DNA of 64,000 nt from an uncultured Pelagibacteraceae bacterium (GTDB lineage Bacteria > Pseudomonadota > Alphaproteobacteria > Pelagibacterales > Pelagibacteraceae), in contig CACJRJ010000002.1 of the NCBI GenBank assembly GCA_902595725.1, forward strand, positions 2,501-66,500. Direction: 5' to 3'. Position 1 is the first letter of the stretch; each line of letters opens with the position of its first letter. The notes under the pieces are model-generated. The model ran no database searches and was not told the origin of the DNA. It saw nothing but the letters and a program-made list of their open reading frames with translations. The position numbers were made by a program, and so were the translations under genes. Below are positions 1 through 8,533 of the stretch, piece by piece.

Positions 1-714
1 AATAATGGTAGCTGATCTTGCATATCTTGTTCCTGTTTTTTCAAGAACGACTTTTTGAATTGGTCCTCCTTGAATATAGAAAATGTAAAATAACAATGAA
101 GTAAAATAAGCCATTACAATTAAAAGCAATGTTAAATCTAACTGTCTAGGCAGATATACTGCAATGTTAGCTACATCGTGAGATAACCAAACCCACCACA
201 ACCAACCAGACGAAATCCATACTGCATTTCTCCAAAAGCCAATATATTTTTCATCAACTTCATCTAACTTTTCGTTTATAAATTTTGATACTACTATCCA
301 AGCAATATAAGCAACCATTGCTGCTAAACCATAGCCAACTACACTTTTTAACAACATTTTTTCAAGCACAACTGTTGAAGCAAATGCTGAAAGAACTAAG
401 AAAGTAGTAGATACTGGTATTCCTATTCTTGTTAATAGTAACAGTATTGCAGGTGCTACTGCATGATACCATTGAATTTCTTGATAAGGTATTCTAGTTA
501 ATCTTCCATAAGAAATATCACCATCATACGCATACCATCCCCATGCTAACGCAATAATCATTACAGCTGATGCAGATCCTGCAAGAGTATACCATTTAAA
601 CCACTTCTTTTTTGAAGCTATAAATGTACCTAGTGTTTGAATTGAGTCGTTAGCGATTACGCTATAACCAGCAAGGGCAAAGCCTATGATGGTATAAATT
701 AAAGTCATTTCCAT
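1..714 (-). CDS. PiT/PHO4-like inorganic phosphate (anion) permease, partial (3' end runs off the window)
   Basis: Not in the ORF track. Manual translation from ATG at 714 (SD AAGGAGA at 721-727): MEMTLIYTIIGFALAGYSVIANDSIQTLGTFIASK...IGIPVSTTFLVL...WLSHDVANIAVYLP. Two ND/HD-VAN-like motifs and PVSTT resemble the PiT signature repeats; multiple TM helices. Confidence 0.7.
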   Translation of the reverse strand, partial: MEMTLIYTIIGFALAGYSVIANDSIQTLGTFIASKKKWFKWYTLAGSASAVMIIALAWGWYAYDGDISYGRLTRIPYQEIQWYHAVAPAILLLLTRIGIPVSTTFLVLSAFASTVVLEKMLLKSVVGYGLAAMVAYIAWIVVSKFINEKLDEVDEKYIGFWRNAVWISSGWLWWVWLSHDVANIAVYLPRQLDLTLLLIVMAYFTSLLFYIFYIQGGPIQKVVLEKTGTRYARSATII

Positions 715-872
715 TTTTTTTCTCCTTTATATTATTGTTTTCGGTTCCTATTGATTCATGACTTAAGATCTATGTAATCTGTGAAGGAAAGATTTACTAT
801 CTTTAAATTTATTTCTTTTGGGAATCTGTACGGGGATTCGCCAATATCTAAACTAATTAAGATTAATGTCTA
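715..872 (-). promoter_or_regulatory. Putative promoter and structured 5' leader of the PiT-like gene
   Basis: TAGACA (872-867)-N16-TAGATA (850-845), then three hairpins (844-818, 804-788, 789-745) ahead of the SD. Confidence 0.4.
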
Positions 873-907
873 CTTTAATAACTTTAAAATTCTTAGCAGA
901 GTTGTAT

Positions 908-1558
908 TTACTTGATTAATCGCTTGATTATATACAGAGCGACAATAGCACCCAGTAGTTCAGCAAATATATAAGTTGGTGTATTTAAATAATTAATGCC
1001 AGTAAATGAATCTGTAAATGTTCTAGCAATTGCAACAGCTGGATTCGCAAATGATGTTGATGAAGTAAACCAATAACCAGCGGATATATAAGTAGCAACA
1101 CATGCAGCTACTGTAGTTTTACCATCTTTTAGTGTAGCAAAAATAATAAAAATAAGACCAAATGTTGCTACTATTTCTGATAAAAATATATGAAAACCAT
1201 CTCTATTTTTTGTAGATAATTCAATAATACTGTGTTCAAAAAAAACGTTAGCTAACATAACTCCCAGAAGGCAACCAAGTATTTGTGCAGGAACATAAGA
1301 TAATAATTCTTTTCCTTTAATTTTTTTAGTTAAATACATTGATAAACTCACAAAAGGATTAAGGTGAGCACCTGAAATATTGGCAAAAGATGTTATTAAA
1401 ACAAACAAGCCTGCTCCAGTAGCAATTGTATTTGCTAATAATCTAACAGCATTATCATTAGTTAGATTTTCAGCCATTATTCCAGAACCGACAATAACCA
1501 TTACTAAAAAACAGCTACCTATAAACTCGCCCAAGAAAATTTTATTATTGTTCTTCAT
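908..1558 (-). CDS. MIP family aquaporin/aquaglyceroporin (AqpS-like, arsenite efflux type)
   Basis: ISGAHLNPF and YWFTSSTSFANPAVAIART motifs; adjacent to arsC. Confidence 0.88.
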   Translation of the reverse strand: MKNNNKIFLGEFIGSCFLVMVIVGSGIMAENLTNDNAVRLLANTIATGAGLFVLITSFANISGAHLNPFVSLSMYLTKKIKGKELLSYVPAQILGCLLGVMLANVFFEHSIIELSTKNRDGFHIFLSEIVATFGLIFIIFATLKDGKTTVAACVATYISAGYWFTSSTSFANPAVAIARTFTDSFTGINYLNTPTYIFAELLGAIVALYIIKRLIK

Positions 1559-1979
1559 TTTTTATCCAATTTTTAATTTTTTCGTTAATAACATTAAATG
1601 TATTTAAGATAATGTTATTTTTTTCATTTTCATTTAAATTTATTAATTTAGATACAGGATCTTCAATATCCCAGTGAATAATTTGATCTTTTTTAGGCCA
1701 AATAGGGCAGACTTCGTTATTTGCATTATTACAGACTGTAATCACATGATCCATTTTAATTTCACTATTAATAAAAATATCAAAGTTTTTGGATGTTATT
1801 TTGCTCAGATCATAGTTTTTCATTTCTAAAAATTTTTTAATATCACTATTTATTTTACCTGTTGGATTACTACCGGCACTGTAGGCTTTAAATTTATTAT
1901 TAAAATTATTGTTAATTATAGCTTCAGCAATAATGCTTCTTGCTGAGTTCCCAGTACAAACAAACAAGATATTTTTCAT
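1545..1979 (-). CDS. arsC: Arsenate reductase, thioredoxin-coupled LMW-PTP fold
   Basis: P-loop CTGNSARS, SAGSNP, resolving cysteines TVCNNANNEVCPIWP, HWDIEDP. Confidence 0.88.
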   Translation of the reverse strand: MKNILFVCTGNSARSIIAEAIINNNFNNKFKAYSAGSNPTGKINSDIKKFLEMKNYDLSKITSKNFDIFINSEIKMDHVITVCNNANNEVCPIWPKKDQIIHWDIEDPVSKLINLNENEKNNIILNTFNVINEKIKNWIKNEEQ

Positions 1980-2200
1980 TAAATTATAATTTTATAAATT
2001 CCTATTACAAACAATGGTATTTGCAATCCAAAGTTAGTTAATATTGCTTTGTCTTTAGATACAAATCCTGCAATCGTCCAACCAACTACTCCTAATCCAT
2101 GAAAATATATATTCAAAGGATATATATTTAGATTTGTTAATAGAATACCAACTAAAACCAAAAATGTGCTTATCCATTTAAGATATTTTTTAATAAACAT
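1979..2200 (-). CDS. Small hydrophobic membrane protein, function unknown
   Basis: 73 aa, about three TM segments; stop overlaps the arsC start. Confidence 0.7.
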   Translation of the reverse strand: MFIKKYLKWISTFLVLVGILLTNLNIYPLNIYFHGLGVVGWTIAGFVSKDKAILTNFGLQIPLFVIGIYKIII

Positions 2201-2244
2201 ACGTTTTCCTTTCAGCTTGTTTTATTTAAATTTTAGATAAAAAC

Positions 2245-2637
2245 TTATCTACACTTTTTACATAATCCAAAAAACTCAAGATTGTATTTACTATATTTCA
2301 TACCATCTTTGTCTTTGAAATTAGCCAAGTATTTAGAAAGACCTGCGCTACTTATTTCTGTTACTTTTTCACAGATTTCACAGATTGAAAATGCAGTAGC
2401 TTTTGCTACCTGACAACTTGAATTGTGACACGCAATAAAAGCATTTCTACTCTCAATTTTATGAATTTTTCCTATTTCAACTAGCTTATCTAATGCTCGA
2501 TAAACTTGCAGGGGAGCTTTAATACCTTTCTTTTGAACATTAAAAAGTATTGTATACGCTTTTAATGGCTCTGAAGATTTTTCTACAAGATCTAATACAA
2601 TTTGTTGATTTTTTGTAAGGTATTGTTGTTTTTGCAT
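2245..2637 (-). CDS. zur: Zinc uptake regulator, Fur family
   Basis: LTKNQQ..L, PLKAYTIL, VYRALDKL, HKIESRNAFIAC, two CxxC motifs; downstream of znuCB. Confidence 0.92.
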   Translation of the reverse strand: MQKQQYLTKNQQIVLDLVEKSSEPLKAYTILFNVQKKGIKAPLQVYRALDKLVEIGKIHKIESRNAFIACHNSSCQVAKATAFSICEICEKVTEISSAGLSKYLANFKDKDGMKYSKYNLEFFGLCKKCR

Positions 2638-2661
2638 TTTTTATATTTTACCAGTTGTCCA

Positions 2662-3465
2662 TTAGTTTTTCAATTGAATGGATTGTTTTATTTTTAATAA
2701 TGAAAGTATAAATAGAAATAAAGCTGCTGTTATTATTGAAGGTCCAGATGCAGTATTAAACTCTAATGATGAAAATAGTCCTATTACTACTGATAATAAG
2801 CCTCCAATAATTGAAAATAATACCATTTTTGGTGGATTGTCAGATATGTTTCTAGCCATTGCAGCTGGAATAATTAACATTCCAGTAATTAATAACAGTC
2901 CAACCATTTTTATAGAAATTGCAATAATTGCAGCCATTAAAATTGTAAATATAGCTTTTGCTCTATCAGGGTTTAGTCCTTCAGCTTCTGCTAGTTCGTA
3001 ATTTACTGTTGATGCAAATAAAGGTTTCCAAATTAATTTTAATACCAATAAAATTAATGCACCACCTGCCCATATAATAATTATATCATTAACTGTTACA
3101 GCTAGTATGTCTCCAAATAATAATCCCATAATATCAAATCTAATAAATGCTAAAAATCCAATTACTACTAATCCAACTGCTAAAGAAGAGTGAGCTAGCA
3201 GTCCTAACAGAGCATCACCTGGTAGATTAGTTTTTTTTTGAAGTTGAATTAAAATTAACGCAATCGCAGATGAAATTATAAAAACTGAAATAGCAATATT
3301 AAATTCAAATGAATATGCCATAGTAACACCAAGCAAAGCTGAGTGTGAAAGAGTATCACCAAAATATGATAATCTTCTCCAAATAACAAAACATCCAAGA
3401 GGACCTGTTACAAAAGCGACACCAATTCCAGCAACTAAAGCTCTTATAAAAAAATCATCAAACAT
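2662..3465 (-). CDS. znuB: Zinc ABC transporter permease
   Basis: GPLGCFVIWRRLSYFGDTLSHSALLG, LLFGDILAV. Confidence 0.95.
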   Translation of the reverse strand: MFDDFFIRALVAGIGVAFVTGPLGCFVIWRRLSYFGDTLSHSALLGVTMAYSFEFNIAISVFIISSAIALILIQLQKKTNLPGDALLGLLAHSSLAVGLVVIGFLAFIRFDIMGLLFGDILAVTVNDIIIIWAGGALILLVLKLIWKPLFASTVNYELAEAEGLNPDRAKAIFTILMAAIIAISIKMVGLLLITGMLIIPAAMARNISDNPPKMVLFSIIGGLLSVVIGLFSSLEFNTASGPSIITAALFLFILSLLKIKQSIQLKN

Positions 3466-4212
3466 TTAGTTTTTCTTTATTTCTCCTTCATGTGAATGAA
3501 CATGATCATGTTTATGTTCATAAATTGAAAGTGTTTGAGCAGCTTGTTCTCCAAACAAAGCTTTATACTCATTATTTTTTGCTACATCTATTGGAGAACC
3601 TGAACAACATACGTGTCCATTAAGACAAACAACATGGTCAGTAGCACTCATTACAGTATGTAAATCATGTGATATTAATAAAATTCCACAATTAAGTTCT
3701 TCAGATATTTTTTTGATCAATTCATACAAGGCAATTTCACCAGTGAAATCTACACCTTGAACAGGTTCATCTAATACTAATAGATCAGGTTTTTTTGAGA
3801 TAGCTCTTGCTAGTAAAACTCTCTGAAATTCACCTCCAGATAAATTACCTAAGTTTTTGTGTTTTAAGTGTACTACACCAGTTAAAGATAACGCTTCATC
3901 TATAGCTTCTTCTTTAATGCTTTCAGTTAAGACCATAAAATCTCTAACTCTTAGTGGCAATGTCCAATCTATCGAAACTTTTTGAGGAACATATCCAACT
4001 TTGTTAGTGTATTTTTCAACCTCACCATCGATTTTTTTATAAATACCTAAAGCAATTTTTGCTGTCGTACTTTTTCCAGAACCATTAGGACCTATAAGTG
4101 TTACAATTTTACCTTTTTCAACTTCTAGTGATACACCTTTTACAAGCCATTTATCATTCTGCTGATAACCTGCGTTTTTTAATTTTACTAACGTGTTACT
4201 ATTTGATCCCAT
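3466..4212 (-). CDS. znuC: Zinc ABC transporter ATPase
   Basis: GPNGSGKST, LSGGEFQRVLLARA, CLNGHVCCSG, His-rich tail YEHKHDHVH. Confidence 0.95.
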   Translation of the reverse strand: MGSNSNTLVKLKNAGYQQNDKWLVKGVSLEVEKGKIVTLIGPNGSGKSTTAKIALGIYKKIDGEVEKYTNKVGYVPQKVSIDWTLPLRVRDFMVLTESIKEEAIDEALSLTGVVHLKHKNLGNLSGGEFQRVLLARAISKKPDLLVLDEPVQGVDFTGEIALYELIKKISEELNCGILLISHDLHTVMSATDHVVCLNGHVCCSGSPIDVAKNNEYKALFGEQAAQTLSIYEHKHDHVHSHEGEIKKN

Positions 4213-4232
4213 TTAATTGCTTGACTTTCTAA

Positions 4233-4265
4233 TGTTATATTATTACATAATGTTATAATATAACA
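4233..4265. promoter_or_regulatory. Two tandem Zur boxes in the divergent znuC/znuA promoter
   Basis: TGTTATATTATTACA (4233-4247) and the perfect palindrome TGTTATAATATAACA (4251-4265) match the proteobacterial Zur consensus TGTTATA-N-TATAACA; TTGACT at 4221-4226. Confidence 0.85.
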
Positions 4266-4284
4266 ACTAATTAATACTTAACCT

Positions 4285-5241
4285 ATGAAAAATCTAAAAA
4301 AAATACCATTTATTTTATCAATACTATCATTCTTAACTATATTTACATCAGCAAATGCTGATCTAAAGGTAGTTGCATCTATTAAACCAATACATTCGCT
4401 GGCTAGCTATCTTATGGATGGGATCGGTAAACCTGATTTAATAGTTGATGGATATTCTTCGCCTCATGGCTTTGCTTTAAAACCATCACACGCAAAAATG
4501 TTACAAGATGCAGATATCATATTTTATGTAGGTGAAGGGTTAGAAAATTTTTTAGAAAAACCATTAAAATCAATTGCTAAAAAAGCTGAAAAAATTGAGT
4601 TAATGGAAATAAAAGGCTTAAACAAATTAAAATTTAGAGAAAGAAATATTTTTGATGATCACGATGACCATAAACATGAAGAAGATGGTCACAAAGAAGA
4701 TGATCATGATGATCACGGTCATGAAGGCCATGCTCATGGAGAATATGACCCACATATTTGGTTAGATCCAGAAAATGCAAAAGCAATATTAAATGAAATG
4801 GTTGAGCATTTAATAGAAAATGATGCAAAAAATGCTTCTACTTACAAAAGTAATTTAAACAAAGCGTTAAAAGATATCGATGGACTATTAAAAAGCGTGA
4901 AATCAGAACTAAATAAAGATTTTAAATCTATTGTTTTTCATGATGCCTATCAATATTTTGAAGAGAGATTTAATGTAACAGTACTCGGTGCATTTACAGT
5001 TAATACAGACGTTATGCCTGGTGCTGAACAACTATCAGAAATTAGAGAAATAATTGAGCATGATAAAGTTAGCTGTATATTTTCAGAGCCTCAATTTAAC
5101 CCTGATATAATAGAAGCAGTTGCAAAAGATATGAATATAAAAACTGGTGTTTTAGATCCATTAGGAGCAACTCTAGAACCAGGCAAAGATTTATATTTTG
5201 ATTTGATCAAGAACATGTCTAAATCTTTTAAAGGCTGTTAA
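4285..5241 (+). CDS. znuA: Zinc ABC transporter substrate-binding protein
   Basis: Signal peptide, VVASIKPIHSL, SPHGFALKPS, His/Asp-rich loop, DPHIWLDP, FHDAYQYFE. Confidence 0.96.
   Translation: MKNLKKIPFILSILSFLTIFTSANADLKVVASIKPIHSLASYLMDGIGKPDLIVDGYSSPHGFALKPSHAKMLQDADIIFYVGEGLENFLEKPLKSIAKKAEKIELMEIKGLNKLKFRERNIFDDHDDHKHEEDGHKEDDHDDHGHEGHAHGEYDPHIWLDPENAKAILNEMVEHLIENDAKNASTYKSNLNKALKDIDGLLKSVKSELNKDFKSIVFHDAYQYFEERFNVTVLGAFTVNTDVMPGAEQLSEIREIIEHDKVSCIFSEPQFNPDIIEAVAKDMNIKTGVLDPLGATLEPGKDLYFDLIKNMSKSFKGC
4654..4737 (+). repeat. Imperfect GAT/CAC/CAT codon repeats encoding the ZnuA His-rich loop
   Basis: Encodes DDHDDHKHEEDGHKEDDHDDHGHEGHAH. Confidence 0.6.
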
Positions 5242-5283
5242 TTTAAAATTGATCTTTTGTTATAAATAATATCTAATAAAGGG

Positions 5284-6282
5284 ATGAGTACAATTTCCCT
5301 TAGTTTAGATGAAATCTTTGATCTAGCTAAAAAAACATTATTAGCTAATGGATGTGATGATGAAACAGCATCTATTCTCTCAGATTTAATAATGAAAGCT
5401 GAAAGAGATGGCTCATTATCTCATGGTTTATTTAGATTACCTGCTTATGTTACTGGACTTAAGAGCGGTAAAATAAATGGTAAAGGTAAACCTGAAGTTA
5501 AAAAAATATCACCTAATGTAATAAAAGTTTTTGGAAATAATTGTTTAGCTCCAGTAGTTTTAAGCAAAGGTATTCCAGAATTAGTAAAAGCTGCTAAAGA
5601 AAATGGAGTAGCAGTTTTAGCTATTAATAATTCACATCACATGGCTGCTATGTGGCCTGAAACAGAAATGATAGCAGAACAAGGGTTAGTTGCTTTTGCA
5701 TGTACATCTTACAAGCCTGCTGTTGCACCAGCGGGAGCTACTAAACCATTATTTGGAACTAATCCAATTTCATTTGCATGGCCACGACCAGGAAAAACTC
5801 CAGTTGTTTATGATATGGCTACAGCTTCAATGGCAATGGGTGAAGTGCAAGTTGCTAAAAGAGAAGGTCACAAAGTTCCATTAGGTACTGGTTTAACAAA
5901 AGATGGAAAAGATACTACTGATCCTGGAGAAATAGCTGATGGAGGTGTATTGCTGCCCTTTGGAGGCTATAAGGGCTCAGGTATAGCCATGATGGTCGAA
6001 TTACTAGCAGGAGCTCTTGTAGGTGACAATTTTAGCTATGAGACAGCAGCTAAAGATAATAATGATGGTGGACCTCCAAGTGGTGGTGAATTTATATTAG
6101 CAATATCTCCTGACAAGTTATCAGGTAATGATTGGGATAAGCATTCAAATGAATTTTTTGATAAAATGAAATCAATGGAAGGTGTAAGACTTCCAGGTGA
6201 AAGAAGACATAAAAATAGACAAGACAAAGGTCCTAGAAATATAAACGAAGAACTAGTTAATAAAATTAAATCTTTAAGCTAA
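5284..6282 (+). CDS. Ldh_2 family oxidoreductase (ComC sulfolactate dehydrogenase / DpkA-like; substrate uncertain)
   Basis: AERDGSLSHGLFRL, NSHHMAAMW, FGTNPISFAWP, DMATAS, LPFGGYKGSG, RLPGERR. Confidence 0.85.
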   Translation: MSTISLSLDEIFDLAKKTLLANGCDDETASILSDLIMKAERDGSLSHGLFRLPAYVTGLKSGKINGKGKPEVKKISPNVIKVFGNNCLAPVVLSKGIPELVKAAKENGVAVLAINNSHHMAAMWPETEMIAEQGLVAFACTSYKPAVAPAGATKPLFGTNPISFAWPRPGKTPVVYDMATASMAMGEVQVAKREGHKVPLGTGLTKDGKDTTDPGEIADGGVLLPFGGYKGSGIAMMVELLAGALVGDNFSYETAAKDNNDGGPPSGGEFILAISPDKLSGNDWDKHSNEFFDKMKSMEGVRLPGERRHKNRQDKGPRNINEELVNKIKSLS

Positions 6283-7050
6283 TTCAATTTCAATAGGTGT
6301 ATGATCAGATGGTTTTTGTCTTCCACGAGGAAACTTATTTATTTTAACGTCTTTAACAGCATCAATTAAAGAACTTGAAACTAAAAAATGGTCTATTCTC
6401 ATACCATTATTTTTTTGCCATGCACCGCTTGTGTAGTCCCAAAATGTATATCCTTCTTTATCAGGATGAATAAATCTATATGCATCATGAAAACCTAAAT
6501 TGATTAATTCTCTTAATTTTTTTCTTATCTCCAATCTAAATAAAGCATCGTTTTCATAACTTTTTGGATTATGTACATCTTCTGCTGATGGAATTATATT
6601 AAAATCTCCACCAATAATTATATTTTCATTTTGTTTAGATATTGATTTTAATTTTTTAATTAAACTGTCTAACCAATAAAGTTTATATGTATATTTTTCT
6701 GTATCTACAGGATTACCGTTGGGTGTATAAATATTAATTAATGTTATAATTTTTTTCTTATGCTTTACTTCAGCTGATATTGTTCTTGATTGTTTATTTT
6801 TATCTTTAAAAATATCATTTTTAATACCTTCTAGTTTTTTTTTTGAAATTATTGCAACACCATTATAGCTTTTTTGTCCAAATACATAATTTTCATATTT
6901 AAGAGTTTTAATATCATCGTAAGGGTAAGTTTCATCAGGAGTTTTTATTTCCTGCATCATTAATATGTCGGGTGAAAATTTATTTAAATATTCTTTGATA
7001 TTTTCAATTCGAGCTCTTACAGAATTAACATTCCAGGAACTGATGATCAT
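6274..7050 (-). CDS. xth: Exodeoxyribonuclease III
   Basis: Start reassigned to ATG at 7050 (MIISSWNVNSVRAR), coupled to the erpA stop; QEIK, GGDFN, RIDHFL, SDHTP. Confidence 0.95.
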   Translation of the reverse strand: MIISSWNVNSVRARIENIKEYLNKFSPDILMMQEIKTPDETYPYDDIKTLKYENYVFGQKSYNGVAIISKKKLEGIKNDIFKDKNKQSRTISAEVKHKKKIITLINIYTPNGNPVDTEKYTYKLYWLDSLIKKLKSISKQNENIIIGGDFNIIPSAEDVHNPKSYENDALFRLEIRKKLRELINLGFHDAYRFIHPDKEGYTFWDYTSGAWQKNNGMRIDHFLVSSSLIDAVKDVKINKFPRGRQKPSDHTPIEIELA

Positions 7051-7370
7051 TAAAGTGAGAAAGAAACGCCACAACCACAAGAAGATTTACTTTGTGGATT
7101 ACTGATTTTGAAATTATCTCCGATTAATTCTTTAACATAATCAACCTCAGATCCTTTTAATAGTTCAGCTGATTTTTTGTCTATTAATATATTTTCATGT
7201 TTAAGATCATTTTCATCTTGTTTATCATCAAATGAAAAATCATACTGAAAACCTGAACAGCCGCCGCCTTTAATAGCGATTCTAAAAAAAGATCCTTTGT
7301 CTTTTTTAGACAGCATTGCATTAATCTGTTTTAATGCATTATCGGTAAATTTAATTTCTTTAATCATCAT
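7050..7370 (-). CDS. erpA: A-type Fe-S carrier, HesB/IscA/ErpA family
   Basis: GGGCSGFQY and SSCGCGVSFS. Confidence 0.9.
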   Translation of the reverse strand: MMIKEIKFTDNALKQINAMLSKKDKGSFFRIAIKGGGCSGFQYDFSFDDKQDENDLKHENILIDKKSAELLKGSEVDYVKELIGDNFKISNPQSKSSCGCGVSFSL

Positions 7371-7417
7371 CTAAGACTGATATTACTAATATAATGTTAA
7401 ATTGTCATTTTTAAAGA

Positions 7418-8533
7418 ATGAAAAACTATAAAAAACTAGGGATTATTAAAAGTAAAGGTAGACTTATAAATGAGCCTAATTCTGCCTATAGATCCCCATT
7501 TCAAAGAGATAGAGATAGAATAATTCATAGTGCAGCATTTCGAAGGTTAAAACACAAAACACAAGTTTTTGTTAATACTGAAGGTGATCACTACAGAACT
7601 AGAATTACTCATTCAATCGAAGTTGCTCAAATTGCAAGAACAATATCTCGATATTTAAATTTAAATGATGATTTAACTGAGACTTTAAGTCTCGCACATG
7701 ATCTTGGACACACTCCTTTTGGTCACGCTGGAGAAGAAGCATTAAATGAATGTATGAATGAACATGGTGGATTTGATCATAATCTTCAGACTTTAAGAAT
7801 AGTAATGTTTATAGAAAATAAATACGTAAAATTTAAAGGTTTAAACTTAACTTTAGAAACTTTAGATGGGCTTTTAAAACATAACGGACCTTATTATGAC
7901 AATACAGTAATTGATAATTTGATAGGAACTAAAAATTTAAAGAATAAAATTAATTTAAGAAAATTTCCCTCTTTAGAAGCGCAGATTGCTTCGATTTCTG
8001 ATGATATTGCTTACAACAATCATGATATACAAGATGGATATAGTGCTGGTCTTTTTACAATTCATGAACTTAAAGAAATTTCTTTTTTTAATGAAATACT
8101 AAAAAAGTATTCAACAAAAATAAAAACTGATAAAAAGATTTTAATTTATCAGATGGTTAGGGACTCTATAAATCTTATGGTTAAAGATTTAATAAAAAAT
8201 TCTTTAATAAATTTTAAAATAAATAAAATTAATAAATTGAATGATGTTTATAACTGTGAAAATAAACTTATTTGTTTTTCATCTAATTATGAAAATATAA
8301 TAAATGAAATAAGATATTTTTTGAGGTTAAAAATGTATAAAAATAGCAAGGTTTTAAAAAAGAATAGTGAAGGAAAAATAATAATCGCAAAATTATTTAA
8401 ATCAATTACAAAAAATCCTAGAAAATTTTTGACATTTTTACCAATTAAACATAATAAATACAGATCTATAGCTGACTATATTTCTGGAATGACTGATCGA
8501 TTTGCAATAAATATTTATAAATCATTAAAATGA
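7418..8533 (+). CDS. dgt: Deoxyguanosinetriphosphate triphosphohydrolase
   Basis: RSPFQRDRDRIIHSAAFRRLKHKTQVF, AHDLGHTPFGHAGE, DYISGMTDRFA. Confidence 0.95.
   Translation: MKNYKKLGIIKSKGRLINEPNSAYRSPFQRDRDRIIHSAAFRRLKHKTQVFVNTEGDHYRTRITHSIEVAQIARTISRYLNLNDDLTETLSLAHDLGHTPFGHAGEEALNECMNEHGGFDHNLQTLRIVMFIENKYVKFKGLNLTLETLDGLLKHNGPYYDNTVIDNLIGTKNLKNKINLRKFPSLEAQIASISDDIAYNNHDIQDGYSAGLFTIHELKEISFFNEILKKYSTKIKTDKKILIYQMVRDSINLMVKDLIKNSLINFKINKINKLNDVYNCENKLICFSSNYENIINEIRYFLRLKMYKNSKVLKKNSEGKIIIAKLFKSITKNPRKFLTFLPIKHNKYRSIADYISGMTDRFAINIYKSLK

Noticed and set aside
757-786. Pho box upstream of the PiT-like gene
   Set aside because: The TTCAC/TACAT/GTCAT half-sites are not at the 11-bp period.
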